A stretch of DNA of 64,000 nucleotides, from contig CBDCXR010000004.1 of the NCBI GenBank assembly GCA_965223845.1, positions 1,856,001 through 1,920,000 on the forward strand, in the 5' to 3' direction. Under the pieces are notes generated by a model that was given only the letters and a program-made list of their open reading frames with translations, searched no databases and had not been told where the DNA came from. The stretch is from Planctomycetota bacterium. Its GTDB lineage: Bacteria; Planctomycetota; UBA8108; SXIK01. Of this stretch, positions 8,097-20,200 are shown in pieces. The stretch's first letter is position 1; each line of letters starts with the position of its first letter. A program made the translations under genes and the position numbers.

Positions 8097-11000
8097 ATGC
8101 GGACTTCGAGTCGGCGAGCAGTGACATTCCTTGTATGCGTCCACCTCGGCACGTCGAGTGCGATGCTCGCCGAAGACGAAGTGAGCGGCTTCGTCGCGCC
8201 CGCCGGCTTCTCGGTCGAGCTCGTCGCGGGCGACGATCTCGCGCACGACATTTACTCCATGACGCTCGACACGCGCGGGCGTCCGGTCGTCTCGGGCGCG
8301 GGCTACATCAAGACGCTGGTCGACCGCGACGGCGACGGACGCGCGGACAAAGCCGAGCTCTTCGCGGCTTGGCCCCCGGGTGGCGCGCATGGTCTCCTCG
8401 TGAGCGGCAGGGATCTCTACGCCTCGACCGGAACGGGTCTCTACCGGCTCTCGGATGCCGACGGCGATGGGCGCGCCGATGCGGCTCCGACGAAGATCGC
8501 GGCCGGGTACGGTGGCGGTGAGCATTCGTCGAACGGCATCGTCAAGGGACCGGATGGCTGGCTTTGGTGGATCCACGGAAACGACGCGCGCGTCAACGCG
8601 GAGCACATCACGACGAATCGATCGCCGGTGCGCGAAGTAAGCTGCGGCGCGGTGGTCCGACTTTCCCCGGACGGGAATCGGAGCGAGGTTTACGCGGACG
8701 GATTTCGGAACCCCTACGATCTCGACTTCGGTCCATTCGGCCAGTTGTACACGTACGACGCAGACGGAGAGCGCGTGCATCACCTTCCGTGGTACAGCCC
8801 GACGCGCGTGTTCGACATCGCGCAGGGGATGCACCACGGCTGGGTGCTCAGAAAATGGCAGCACGCATGGAATCAGGCGAAGTCCAACTGCGACAACGTC
8901 GAGCGCCTCTGCGAAATCGGACGCGGATCGCCGACGGGCGTCGTCGTCTACCGCCATCGCCTCTTTCCGAAACGATACCGCGATGGACTCTTTGTCGCGT
9001 GCTGGTCGAAGGGACGCGTCTACCATCTTCCGCTCACTCGGCGAGGATCGACGTTTGAAACGGAGCTCGAGGTCTTTCTCGAGACGAGCGGCGACGTCGG
9101 CTTCGCTCCCGTCGATCTCGCAGTCGGTCCGTCCGGAGATCTTTTCGTCGCGATCGGAGGGCGGGGAACTAGGGGGAGCGTGTTCCATGTTCGGTACGGA
9201 TCGGCAGCGACGGAGACCGCGCCGTTCGGATCGGATCTCGTCGCGGTGCTGCGCGCTCAGCAACCGCTCGCGTCGTGGTCGCGAGCGCAGTGGGTACCCG
9301 TGGCTCGGGTGCTCGGCCGCAAGCCATTCGAGTCGGCGGTGATCGACGAATCCCTTCCGGCGAAGGAGCGGATCCGTGCGATCGAGATCCTGGTCGAGCT
9401 TTTCTCGGGTCCGTCCGCGTCGGTTGCGGAGAAGCTTCTTTCGGACAGAGAACCGGAAATCGTCGCCCGCACGCTCTGGGCAGCCGCGTACGACGACACA
9501 GCCAGCGGCCGAGAGGCCGTCATACGATCGACGCGGAGCGACGACGCGCGCATCCTTCGCGCCGCCTGGGAAGGGGTCGCTCGGTTCGGAAGTCCGATCA
9601 ACCTCAACACCGAACCCGACTGGACGCGTGGACTCACCCACGCTGACCGGCGAGTCCGCGCAGCCGCGGTCATCGCCGCGCGTTCTCCGGGCGGTCGCGA
9701 CTCGTTCACGCGAAGCATCTCGCTCGCGTCCGCGCGGGATCCGAAGCTCCTCGTCGGATGGCTTCGCGGGACAGCGCCTCCTCGCGGAGAGGCGACGTCG
9801 TCGGAGGAGTGGTTCGGCGCCGCCGAGCGCGCTCTTCGCGAAGCAAAGGATCGAATGACGCGCCTTGAAGCGACGCGCATGATCGTCCGCGGGCTCGGCG
9901 ATATCGCGGTGGTGCAAGATCAGCCCCGCGTGACGGACGGCTTCGAGGCGAGGGACCCGGGCGTCCTCTCTGCCGCAACGCGCGTTCGCATCGCGCGTCG
10001 ACTGGCCGCCGCTTTGCCTTCTGGCGATCGAGATCTCGATCGCGAACTTCTTCGTACCGTCGCGATTCTCGCGGTGGACTGTCCCGAGGCCCTCGACAAG
10101 GCGGCTGCGCTCTGGACGCCAACCTCGGACGTTGAGGACGACATTCATTTTCTTCTCGCCGCCGGGCGGATCCGTGGAGAGCCGCCGGATGGGTTTCCGC
10201 ACGCAGCCGCGAGCGCGTTCGCGTCGCTCCACCGAAAGATGCGCGAAGACCGACGAGAGACGAGCCGATTCTGGCCGACGCGCGTCGCCGCGGCGTACCG
10301 ACAGCTCGCGGGCAAGGTCGAACGTCTCGACTTCCACCTCATCGCGGACCCGCAGTTCGGTGACGCCGAGCACACGCTGTTCCTCGATGCGATCGGGGAC
10401 GACACGACGAAGGCGAAGGCAATTGCGAAGCTCCTCGATACCGCGCGCGAAAGCGGGCGGTGGACGAGCGATCTCGTCCGGCACGTCGGCCGCTCGGGTC
10501 ATGCGGAGGCGCTCACGGCGCTGCGAGAGAGAGGACGAGATCCCGATCTCCGAGATGCGGTTGTGCTCGTGCTCTCGAAGCACTCGGACGTCGCCGATCG
10601 TGAACTCTTCATCGAGGCGCTCAGCTCGTATCGAAGTGACGTCGTGCGTGCAGCCGCACGGGCGCTCGCTAACATGAAGCTCAATCTCGGCCGGGACGAG
10701 CTCGTCGATGCCTTTCTGGCCCTCAGGCGCTTTTGCTCGCACGCGCGCGAGAAGAACACCCGAGAGGCGCTGAGAGGGCTTCTCGCCGCCGGGACAGGCG
10801 CCGAAATCGAAGTGCGAGAATCAGCCGACGGCGCGAACGCCCACGCTGCGCACGCACCGTGGTTCGACTGGCTCGGCGAGAATCATCCCGCGGAGGCCCG
10901 CGCCGTCTCGGCGGTCCAGGGCGCGAGCATCGACGAGATTCTCGCGCGCGTCTCTCCGGACATCTCCGCCGGCGACCGCGAGCGCGGCGCGCTCGTCTTC

Positions 11001-11378
11001 CGCTCGCAGGGCTGCTACGGGTGCCACCGCGGCGCTCGCCGGCTCGGCCCGGATCTCGATGGGATCGGCGCGCGGTTTTCGACCCGAGATCTCCTAGCCG
11101 CGATTGTCGATCCGGACCGGGACATTTCGCCCGCGTATGTCGCGACCGAGGTCGTTACAACGAGCGGAGAGGTTCATCGTGGCCTCCTGGTTTACTCGTC
11201 GCCGGCCGCGACGCTCATGCAAACGAACGCCGACACGACGGTACGTTTCTCCGCCGAGAATACCGTCAGCCTTCGCAAGGTGAGCTCGTCCTTCATGCCG
11301 AAGGGACTCCTCAGTGGTCTCACGGACGAGGAGATCGCCGATTTGCTCGCCTATCTGAGATCTTTGACGAAGAGGTGA
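8097..11378 (+). CDS. PVC-type heme-binding protein (sugar-dehydrogenase-like beta-propeller, HEAT repeats, C-terminal cytochrome c)
   Basis: Start placed at ATG 8097 (or GTG 8094) after GGAG. Motifs GFRNPYDL and GRGSPTG; HEAT-like helical region; GDRERGALVF..CYGCH..LGPDL..SFMPKGL..DLLAYL (TIGR02603-like). Confidence 0.9.
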   Translation: MRTSSRRAVTFLVCVHLGTSSAMLAEDEVSGFVAPAGFSVELVAGDDLAHDIYSMTLDTRGRPVVSGAGYIKTLVDRDGDGRADKAELFAAWPPGGAHGLLVSGRDLYASTGTGLYRLSDADGDGRADAAPTKIAAGYGGGEHSSNGIVKGPDGWLWWIHGNDARVNAEHITTNRSPVREVSCGAVVRLSPDGNRSEVYADGFRNPYDLDFGPFGQLYTYDADGERVHHLPWYSPTRVFDIAQGMHHGWVLRKWQHAWNQAKSNCDNVERLCEIGRGSPTGVVVYRHRLFPKRYRDGLFVACWSKGRVYHLPLTRRGSTFETELEVFLETSGDVGFAPVDLAVGPSGDLFVAIGGRGTRGSVFHVRYGSAATETAPFGSDLVAVLRAQQPLASWSRAQWVPVARVLGRKPFESAVIDESLPAKERIRAIEILVELFSGPSASVAEKLLSDREPEIVARTLWAAAYDDTASGREAVIRSTRSDDARILRAAWEGVARFGSPINLNTEPDWTRGLTHADRRVRAAAVIAARSPGGRDSFTRSISLASARDPKLLVGWLRGTAPPRGEATSSEEWFGAAERALREAKDRMTRLEATRMIVRGLGDIAVVQDQPRVTDGFEARDPGVLSAATRVRIARRLAAALPSGDRDLDRELLRTVAILAVDCPEALDKAAALWTPTSDVEDDIHFLLAAGRIRGEPPDGFPHAAASAFASLHRKMREDRRETSRFWPTRVAAAYRQLAGKVERLDFHLIADPQFGDAEHTLFLDAIGDDTTKAKAIAKLLDTARESGRWTSDLVRHVGRSGHAEALTALRERGRDPDLRDAVVLVLSKHSDVADRELFIEALSSYRSDVVRAAARALANMKLNLGRDELVDAFLALRRFCSHAREKNTREALRGLLAAGTGAEIEVRESADGANAHAAHAPWFDWLGENHPAEARAVSAVQGASIDEILARVSPDISAGDRERGALVFRSQGCYGCHRGARRLGPDLDGIGARFSTRDLLAAIVDPDRDISPAYVATEVVTTSGEVHRGLLVYSSPAATLMQTNADTTVRFSAENTVSLRKVSSSFMPKGLLSGLTDEEIADLLAYLRSLTKR

Positions 11379-11618
11379 TCCGAGCGATGCATCAGCCGGA
11401 GCGAGACGCGCGATCTCATCGTTCCTCATGCCCGTCTCGATCCGTGCGCCGAGCTCTTCGTCCGTCGCAGACGAACTTCCGTCTAGCGCGTTCGCGATTC
11501 CGCGACGAAGCGATCCCCAGTTCGTACCGGCGTTGGCTCGCGACCGCCCGCTCGTTAGGATAGTTCTGCCACGCGTGGTTGATTTCTCTGCAGCGGACCG
11601 ATCGGAGACGGGTACTCC

Positions 11619-14282
11619 GTGAGAAACGAAGATCGATCGACGGCACAGGAGCTCGCTGAGCGAGCCGCGAAGCTCTCCGAGGAAGAACGCCGGACGTTTC
11701 TCGACGCGAATGCAGGAACGCCCGGGTTGCGCGCTGAAGTCGAGGCGATCCTCGCGAGCGCGGGAAAGACTCTCGAAGTCTCTCCGCCCGGCGCGGACCC
11801 AGCGTCGACTCCCTCCGTTCCGCCGCTCGTTGACCAGGCGACGAGAAGCGACGAAACCCGTGCGCTCGAAGGCGGCGCCGTCGTCTCCGGCCACTACCGC
11901 GTCATCGAGCTCCTCGGCCGCGGAGGAATGGGCGAGGTCTATCTCGCCGAGGACACGCGACTCGGCCGGCGAGTCGCGCTCAAGTTTCTCGCTCCGGAAA
12001 TGGCGCGCTCGGAAGAGCAGCGCCGCCGCTTTCTCGGCGAAGCCAGGGCTGCTTCGGCGCTCAATCACCCGAACGTCTGCGTGATCCATGAGGTCGGAGA
12101 GGCGAGCGATACTCGTCCATTCATCGCGATGGAATGGGTCGACGGGAAGAGCCTCGAACAGATTCTCAAGACGAAAGAGATCGGGATCGCAGAGAGCGTC
12201 GACATCGCGATCGGTCTCGTCGACGCGCTCGACGCCGCGCACGAAAAGGGAATCGTCCACCGGGACATCAAGTCCGCGAACGTAAGTCTCACAGATCGCG
12301 GACAAGTCAAGGTTCTCGACTTCGGTCTCGCGAAGCGTTTCGGAGACGAAGATCCGGTCGCCGAGGCTACGCAGCCGGGAACGATCCTCGGTACGCCGGC
12401 CTACATGAGCCCCGAGCAGGCGCGGGGGCGGCCACTCGACCACCGCAGCGATCTCTTCAGTGCTGGCGTCGTCCTCTACGAGCTCGTCGCTCGCCGCCTC
12501 CCGTTTCCGGGTACGACCTTCGGCGAGGTGATCGAGAAAGTCGTCCACGCGCAGCCGGATGCCCTCGCGCGCTTCAACTACGATGTCCCGGCGGAACTCG
12601 AGCGCGTCGTGAGGAAGTGCCTCGAAAAGAATGCCGATCACAGATATCAGTCTGCTCGCGAGCTCCTCGTCGACCTCCGGAGTCTCGCGCGCGATCTCGC
12701 GCTCGGCCTCGCCTCGACATCCGTTGTGGCCCCGGCGAGGGAAGGCGATTCGCCCGCGAGTTCACCGCCCGCTCCGGCGTCTTTCCCGGCGACGATAGGG
12801 GAAACCGATATTCTCATCAGCTTCGCGCCCGCCGACGATCGTGCGCTCTCTGCAGAACGTGAGGGGTGGATCTCGCAGCTTCACCGAAACCTCGAAGTCC
12901 GCCTCGAACAACTCTCCGGCGAACGAGTCAAGATCTGGCGGCATCCCGATCCCACCGAAACCCAGCTTCGCGACGACCAGTTGCTCGATGGTCTTGCGCG
13001 AGCGAAGACGATGATCTCCGTGCTCTCGCCGCCCTTCGTCAAGTCCGAAGGCTGTCTCGGTCAGGTCGAGCGCTTTTGGCAGTCGGCTGAAGCGGCAGGA
13101 AAGTTCCGCCTCGGGGAGAAGCCGCGACTGTTCAAGGTCGTCAAGCGACCCGTGTCCGCGGCTGAGCTTCCGCCCGCGCTCGGCGAGCTTTTCGCGCAGC
13201 TCCTCGATTTCGAATTCTTCGAGCTCGACGAGAACGGTCGGGTGCGCGAGTACGACGATTCGTTCGGCCGGACGGCGATCCAGCGCTATCACGAGAGAGT
13301 CTACGACCTGGCGCAGGAAGTGAACGGAGTGCTCGAGGCGTATCGCCGAAACGAGACCGACGCCGATGCCGGTCGTGCGATCGCGCCGCAGCCGACCGGA
13401 AAAGTCGTTTACCTAGCGACGACGACGTCGGATCTCGAGCCCGCACGCGACCGAATCCGGCGCGAGCTCACGGCGCGAGGTCATTCCGTCCTCCCGCAGC
13501 ATCCGCTTCCTCTCGTCGAAGGCGAGCTGCGGACGGCGATCGCCGAGTGCCTCGAGCGCTCGGATCTGTCGATTCATCCGATCGGTCGCATGTACGGCGT
13601 CGTCCCGGAAGGATCGCAGCGCTCCATCCTGGAGCTACAAAACGAGGTCGCCTCCCGGGTGGGGGAGTTCGAACGCGTGATTTGGATTCCCCGCGACGCG
13701 GAGGGTCGCGATGAACGACAAGCAAAGTGGATCGAGACACTGATGCGGGAGCCTGGAGAGCACGCTAGAGCCGAGATCGTCGTCGATACGCTCGAAGGCT
13801 TGAAGCCGCTCCTTTTCGAAAAGCTAACCGCAGAGAAGCCTCTGCACCGAGCTGACGACGGCGCCGAGCGCCCGCCGCGAGTCTACCTCGTGTGCGACGC
13901 GGTCGATCTCGCCGCCGCGGAAGTCGTCGAAGATGCGCTCTTCGACTTCGGGCTCGAGGTCAGTCTTCCCGATTTCGAAGCCGACGCGACCGAAGCGGCC
14001 GAGGTCCATCGCCAGAACTTGATCGATTGCGATGCCGCGATTGTCTACTACGGAAAGTCTCGTCTCTCCTGGGTCGACATCAAGCTGCGCAGTCTTCTCA
14101 AGGCGGTCGGCTACGGGCGTGAGCGCGAGATCGGGCACCGCGCCGTGCTCGTCGCACCGCCGATCGATCGACGAAAGGAGCGCTACCGCACCCACAGCGC
14201 CGAGATCATTCGGCAGGAAGGCGACTTTTCTCCGTCCCTCCTCGAGCCGCTCGTCCGACGACTCCGGGAGGACGCGCGATGA
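11619..14282 (+). CDS. Hanks-type Ser/Thr protein kinase fused to TIR-like, DUF4062-like and second TIR-like domains
   Basis: Kinase motifs LGRGGMGEVY, VALK, HRDIKSAN, DFG, GTPAYMSPEQ. Then DILISFA..W..MISVLSPPFVKSEGC (TIR), VYLATTTSDL..R..ELT..DLSIHPIGRMYG (DUF4062-like), and RVYLVCD..H..NLIDCDAAIVYYG..W (TIR-like). No TM segment seen. Confidence 0.9.
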   Translation: MRNEDRSTAQELAERAAKLSEEERRTFLDANAGTPGLRAEVEAILASAGKTLEVSPPGADPASTPSVPPLVDQATRSDETRALEGGAVVSGHYRVIELLGRGGMGEVYLAEDTRLGRRVALKFLAPEMARSEEQRRRFLGEARAASALNHPNVCVIHEVGEASDTRPFIAMEWVDGKSLEQILKTKEIGIAESVDIAIGLVDALDAAHEKGIVHRDIKSANVSLTDRGQVKVLDFGLAKRFGDEDPVAEATQPGTILGTPAYMSPEQARGRPLDHRSDLFSAGVVLYELVARRLPFPGTTFGEVIEKVVHAQPDALARFNYDVPAELERVVRKCLEKNADHRYQSARELLVDLRSLARDLALGLASTSVVAPAREGDSPASSPPAPASFPATIGETDILISFAPADDRALSAEREGWISQLHRNLEVRLEQLSGERVKIWRHPDPTETQLRDDQLLDGLARAKTMISVLSPPFVKSEGCLGQVERFWQSAEAAGKFRLGEKPRLFKVVKRPVSAAELPPALGELFAQLLDFEFFELDENGRVREYDDSFGRTAIQRYHERVYDLAQEVNGVLEAYRRNETDADAGRAIAPQPTGKVVYLATTTSDLEPARDRIRRELTARGHSVLPQHPLPLVEGELRTAIAECLERSDLSIHPIGRMYGVVPEGSQRSILELQNEVASRVGEFERVIWIPRDAEGRDERQAKWIETLMREPGEHARAEIVVDTLEGLKPLLFEKLTAEKPLHRADDGAERPPRVYLVCDAVDLAAAEVVEDALFDFGLEVSLPDFEADATEAAEVHRQNLIDCDAAIVYYGKSRLSWVDIKLRSLLKAVGYGREREIGHRAVLVAPPIDRRKERYRTHSAEIIRQEGDFSPSLLEPLVRRLREDAR

Positions 14283-17200
14283 ATCCCTATCCCGGGCTTC
14301 GACCCTTCCGCGACGACGAAGACTATCTGTTCTTCGGGCGTGAAGAGCAGACGGCGGAGCTTCTCCGGCTCCTCGGTGAGCATCGGTTTCTCGCCGTCGT
14401 CGGAACATCGGGAAGCGGCAAATCTTCGCTCGTTCGCGCCGGGCTTCTCCCGGAGCTCCAGGGCGGCACGCTCACGGACGCGGGCTCCGCCTGGGAAATC
14501 GCCCTTCTGCGCCCGGGCGGCGATCCCCTGTTGAATCTCGCCGAGGCACTCTGCGACGCAGACCTCTATGACGCGGACGATCCGTCCGCCGTTCCGCGCC
14601 TGCTTGCGACGCTCGGGCACTCCGGCCGCGGTCTCGTCGAAGCGTACCGCCAATCGGACGTCGAAAAGGGGGCGAATCTCCTCGTCGTCGTCGATCAGTT
14701 CGAGGAGCTCTTTCGTTTCCACGACACCGGAGACGTGAGCCGCGATCGCGCGCGCGCTTTCGTCAGCCTCCTCCTCGAAGCGGCACAGCAAAAGGATGTT
14801 CCGCTCTACGTCGTCCTCACGATGCGCTCCGACTATCTCGGCGATTGTGCGCAGATTCGCGGGCTCGCGGAGGCCGTGAACGAGGGAGAGTACCTCATCC
14901 CTCGGCTCACGCGAACCCAGCTTCGTGCCGCGATCGAAGGTCCCGCGCGCGTCGGTGGCGGCGCGATCGCCGAACGACTCGTCCAGCATCTTCTGAACGA
15001 TGGCGGCGACCGTCCGGATCAGCTTCCCGTTCTTCAGCACGCGCTCATGCGAACGTGGGATGTGTGGACGTCGAAGGGAGCGACCGATCGAGAGATCGAC
15101 TTAGACGACTACGAAGCGACGGGTGGGATGAGCGAAGCGCTCTCGCGCCACGCCGACGAGGTTTTCTCTGCCCTCTCGACCGACGAGCAGCGGGCCGTCG
15201 CGGAACGCGTCTTTCGCGCATTGACGGAAAAGGCGAGCGACAACCGCGGCATCCGCCGGCCCACTCGACTCTCAGAGCTCACTGCGATCGTCGGAGCGGC
15301 GGGTGCGGACGTGCGGAGCGTGATCGACGCGTACCGGCAGCCCGGGGTCACGTTTCTCATGCCCGGACTTCCGCGAGAGCTTCGGCCGGAGACGGTCGTC
15401 GATCTCTCTCACGAAAGTCTGATGCGCGTTTGGCAGAGACTGCGGAACTGGGTGGAGATCGAAGCCCAGTCGGCGCGCGTTTATGAACGGCTCAGAGAGA
15501 CGGCCGACTTGTGGCGACAAAACCTCGCCGGCCTGTACCACGATCCGGATCTTCAGATCGCGCTTACGTGGCGCGATGAGCATCGTCCGACTGCCTCTTG
15601 GGCAGCGCAGTACGGTGGTAGGTTCGAACTCGCGGTGGAGTTTCTCGAAGCGAGTCGAACGGAAGCCGAGCGCGAGACGAAAGAGAAAGAGGCCGCGCGA
15701 CAGCGAGAGCTCGAGCAAGCGAACGCGCTCGCCGAGGCACAAGCGCGCGCGGCGCGGAACTTTCGCCACTTTGCGGTAGGGATGGGCGTGCTCGCCGTTG
15801 TTGCCGCGGCGCTTTGCGTCTGGGCGTTTATTCTCAAAGCAGAATCGGAAGAAAACGAACGCGCCGCCGCGGAAAGTGCCCGAGCGGAGCGAGCGAGCGC
15901 GGAGCAGGCGCAATCCGAGCGCGCTCGCGCGGAGCGCGAGGCCGAGCAGGCGCGCCTCGCTCGCGCCGCCGCCGAGGCGGCGCAGGTCGAAGCGCATTCC
16001 CTCCTCGTCGAGTCACGCCACGAGCAGGGAGCCGTTTGGCTCGAGCGTGCTCGTACGCTGGTCGAGGAGAAGAGCTTCTTCGCGGCGAAGATGTTTGCCG
16101 CGCGTGCCGTCGGGTTCGAAGGTTACGGCGCAGCGGACCGCGATGCGGAATTTCGCACGCTGTATCCACCCCTTCTCCGTCCGGAGAGCCTCGAGCGAAC
16201 GCAGGTCGAGGAGCTGATGCGGATGGAGGAATACCCTCTCGTCTGGGTCACTCCGTCGGCGGCCCTCGAGGCGAGGGTCCTCGCGATCGCGGCAAATGAT
16301 GCGCGAGCCAGTGCCGGCGCCGTCGACGGGACCGTGCGCTCTTGGTCCATCTCGTCCGGCGAAGAGTTGCCGATGATCGGCGATGCGGGGAATCAGTCGA
16401 TGCTCGCGATCGCTGTCACCGCTGAAGATTCCTATCTCGCCATCGCTCGATCCGACGGTGACGTCGAGATCTGGAATCTACGCGAGCACACCCACGAACG
16501 GACGCTCGACCATACGGGTCCGGTCTACGACATCGCCTTCACGGCGCAGGGGGACCGGATCGTGACGGGGTCAGCGCTCACGACCGTGCGCATTTGGAAG
16601 GTTTCGACCGGTGAGATGCTTCACGAGCTCGGCGGCCATCTCGGCCCGGTCTACGCCGTCGATTTCGCTCCCGACGGAAAACTCCTGGCATCCGGCGGCG
16701 CAGACAACACCGTGCGAGTGTGGGACTCGGCAGACGGCTCGGAGGTGCAACGATTCGATCATCCCGCCAACGTACGCGAGCTTCGCTTCTCGCCGAACGG
16801 TGAGTTCCTCGCGGCTACCTCGCGCGACGTCACGGTGCGGCGCACGGATTCGTGGTCGGAAGTCTTCACCGCCAACGTTCTCGGCGCCGCGATGTCGCGC
16901 AATCTGACGCGATCGGGGCTCGACTTCAGCCCGGACAGTCGGTGGGTGGTCGTGCGTGGAGATAGCACGACGATCGGTGTTCGCGACCTGAACACTGGAA
17001 CGACGCGAGCCGTCGACTCGGTCGTCAGCGCCGCCGGACCCGTCGTCTTCACTCCATCCGGCGACCTCGTGGTCGCAGGCGATCGGACGCTTCGGATCGT
17101 CGAGTTTCCGTCGGGGACGGACCGAGGGAATCTCGCCGACGGCCACGCCGGCCCGGTGCGTGCGGTCGACATCAGTCCGGACGGACGGACCATCGTGTCC

Positions 17201-20200
17201 GCGAGTGACGACGGTACTCTTCGATTTTGGGACGTGGCGACGGGAGAGGGACGCCGTACGCTCGACGGCCTGAGTCGTCGTGTGATTTGGGTGCAGTTTT
17301 CGCCGGACGGATCTCGCCTGGTGACCTGCGACCATGAGCGACGAGTTCGCATTTGGGATGTGGATTCGCACGAGGCCGTGGTGGAGATCCACGGGCCCGC
17401 CGCCCGCGCGACATTCCATCCCGACGGAATTTTGCTCGCGTTCGGTCGATCGGGCGGCACGATCGCGCTGTGGGATCTCGCGGACGATCGCCTGGTGACG
17501 ACGCTCGAGAGCGGCGACGCCGACGTGAACGACGTCGAGTTCCATCCCGACGGCACGCAACTCCTGTCGACGTCCGAGGACGGATCGGTGCGACTCTGGG
17601 ACGTGGCGACAGGCACGGCACTCGTCACGCTCGAGTCCCAGTCGATGGCGTTCGACGCGGAGTTCAGCCCCGACGGAGCGACGTTCGCGACGAGCGGTCC
17701 GCGCGACGTGATCCTTTGGGACACACTCACCCGCGAGCGTACCGCCATCCTCGACGGTCACGACGACCGCGTCGAGTCGATCGCGTTCAGTGCGGACGGA
17801 GAGTTGATCGCGACGGCCTCGATTGACGGCAGCATCCGCGTCTGGCGAACCGTCGCCGGGACCCTCGTCACGACACTCGAGAGTCATTCTGGCGCGGTGT
17901 ACCGAGCTCGATTCTCGCCGGACGGACGCTCCATCGTTTCGGGCGGCGACGACCACGCGGTCCGGTTGTGGGAGGTTCCGAACCGGACCGTCGGATTGAT
18001 CTCGCACCCGACCGAACCCTACTACGGCGCACGGATTTCGCCGGACGGCTCCGTCATCGCTGCGGGGGTCAGAGGCGGGGTGAAGCTGATCGACCCGGCC
18101 GTTCGGCGCGAGATCGCCGAGCTGGCGCTGAGCCTCGAGCGGGAGCCTTTCGGACTGCGATTCGACCGAACGGGAGCACGCCTCGCCGCCGTCGAAGTGC
18201 TGGGAAATCAGACTCGCGCGAGCATCGTGGTCTGGAATCTCGCCACCCGCGAGCGACTCGGCTCCTTCCCCGGACCTCCGCCGATCAACGCTCAGATCGA
18301 CTTTCAACCCGGAGGTGACCTCGTCGCGTCTCCCATGTTCGGGCCGGGGATCACCCTCTGGGACGCCGCTCTCCGGCATGCGGTGGCTCAAATCTCGGAG
18401 ACGGAGCAGATCTTCGCGGTCTGCTTCAGCTCGGACGGCGCGCTCCTTGCGAGCGGAGCGCTCAGCGGAGCACTGCGACTTTGGAACGTCGAGACTCGCA
18501 CGCTCGTTCGCGAATTTACGGCGTCGTCGTCCGGTGCCGCTCCGGAGGGGGCCGCCGCGCCCGAACGGGCGCACTCGAAGGTTCTCACGCGCACCGTGTT
18601 TCAGCCGAGTGGGGATCTCCTCGCGAGTGCGTCGATCGATGGCAACGTACGCCTCTGGAACGTCGAAACGGGCGAGCTCGTCACGACTTTCTCGGGTCAT
18701 GCGACATCGAGCCTGGTCGAAATTGTCTTTAGCCCCGATGGAAAACTGCTCGCCTCCGTCAGCGCACAAGGCGACACGGTGCGCTTCTTCGATGTAGAGA
18801 CTCGCTCCCTTCTCGATACGCGCACCGGCGAGGAGTCGACGCCCTTCGATTTGAGCTTCAGCGGGAGCGGCGCGGTGCTCGTGGTCGGCGCGCTCAACTC
18901 GGCGATCCGCATGTGGGACGCAAGGGTCGGACTGCCGGCACGCGAGCGCTACGCGCGCTATCTCGACCGGTACGACTTCTCCGGACGGAGTGTCGTCCCT
19001 CGAAGACCGGTGCATCTGTTTCGCATGGCGGGGGTGCCCCTGGAGCCCCTCTACGAGAATTCTCACCTGAGCGCGCTCTATGCCGCCGGCGATTCGGCGT
19101 GGAGGGAACTCGTGGAGCGATACGTGTTCGCGCGAAACTGGCCGGCTGCCGCGGCAGTCCTCGATGAGGTGCCGATCGAGTCCGCACGCGACGAGCGTGT
19201 GGAGCTCGCGGAGACTCTTGTCCGCGTCGCGGACGACTTGCACGACCGCGGACAGAGTCGTCTTGCCCTCCGGCGCCTCGATCTTTCGGAGTCTCTCGGC
19301 GGCCGTCCGAGCGCGCTCTTTACGCGGCGAGCGCGCATCCGACTGGCGCTCGGGGAGCGAGAGCGAGCCTTCGAGAACCTCGGAACGGCGATCGACCACC
19401 TTCGTGCCGAGACGCCGGTGGACCACGAAGCCTTGACGAGTCTCCTTGAGGAGCGCGTCCGCTTTCAACTCGCGACGAGGGACTTCGGTGCGGCCGGTGC
19501 CGAGCTCGGAGCGCTGCTCGCGGAGCTCGAGGCTCCGGAGCGCCGCCTGAGAGCGGTGCAGGAGTATCTCGACGCAGCGGCAGCGGACGCCGTCGCCGGG
19601 CTCTCGAGCGATCCCGCGTCGCGGCGTCGAGTGGTCGCGCTCGCGCTGTTGGAGCTGTTCCTTGCCTCCTATCTGGGGGGGGCGGTCGATTCCGGCCGGC
19701 TCGAAGTCTACGCTCCTCTCCTCGGAGACGACGAGGACCGCGATACGCGACTCGTCGAGCGAAATGGAGAATGGGAGTATCCCGAGGAGAATCCATCGCG
19801 GCCGGAAGCGGGCTGGATGACGGCGGAGAGTCGCGGTGACTGGAGCATCGGTTTGGCTCCGTTCGGATTCGGCGACTCACGCGAGTCGACGCCGCTCAGC
19901 CGCGGTGCCATCGCTTACTACGTCCGCCGACGGTTCACGTTTGCTCCTGACGACATCTCCGGCGGTGTCCGACTCCGCGTCGAGCTCTCACGTGACGACG
20001 GAGCCGTCCTCTACCTGAACGGGCAGGAGATCCTCCGCGATAATCTCCCGAATGGTCCCATCGAACCGTCGACCATGGCATCGGTCATTCAGAACAATGA
20101 CGATGAAGTGAGATGGCGAACGTTTACGGTTTCCGGTGCGGAGCACTTGAGACCGGGCGAGAATCTTCTCGCAGCGGCGATCCATCAGTCGACTGCGAAC

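Noticed and set aside
16270-18920. Periodic DNA similarity suggesting a repeat array or CRISPR
   Set aside because: Explained by WD40 coding repeats; there are no identical direct repeats with unique spacers.
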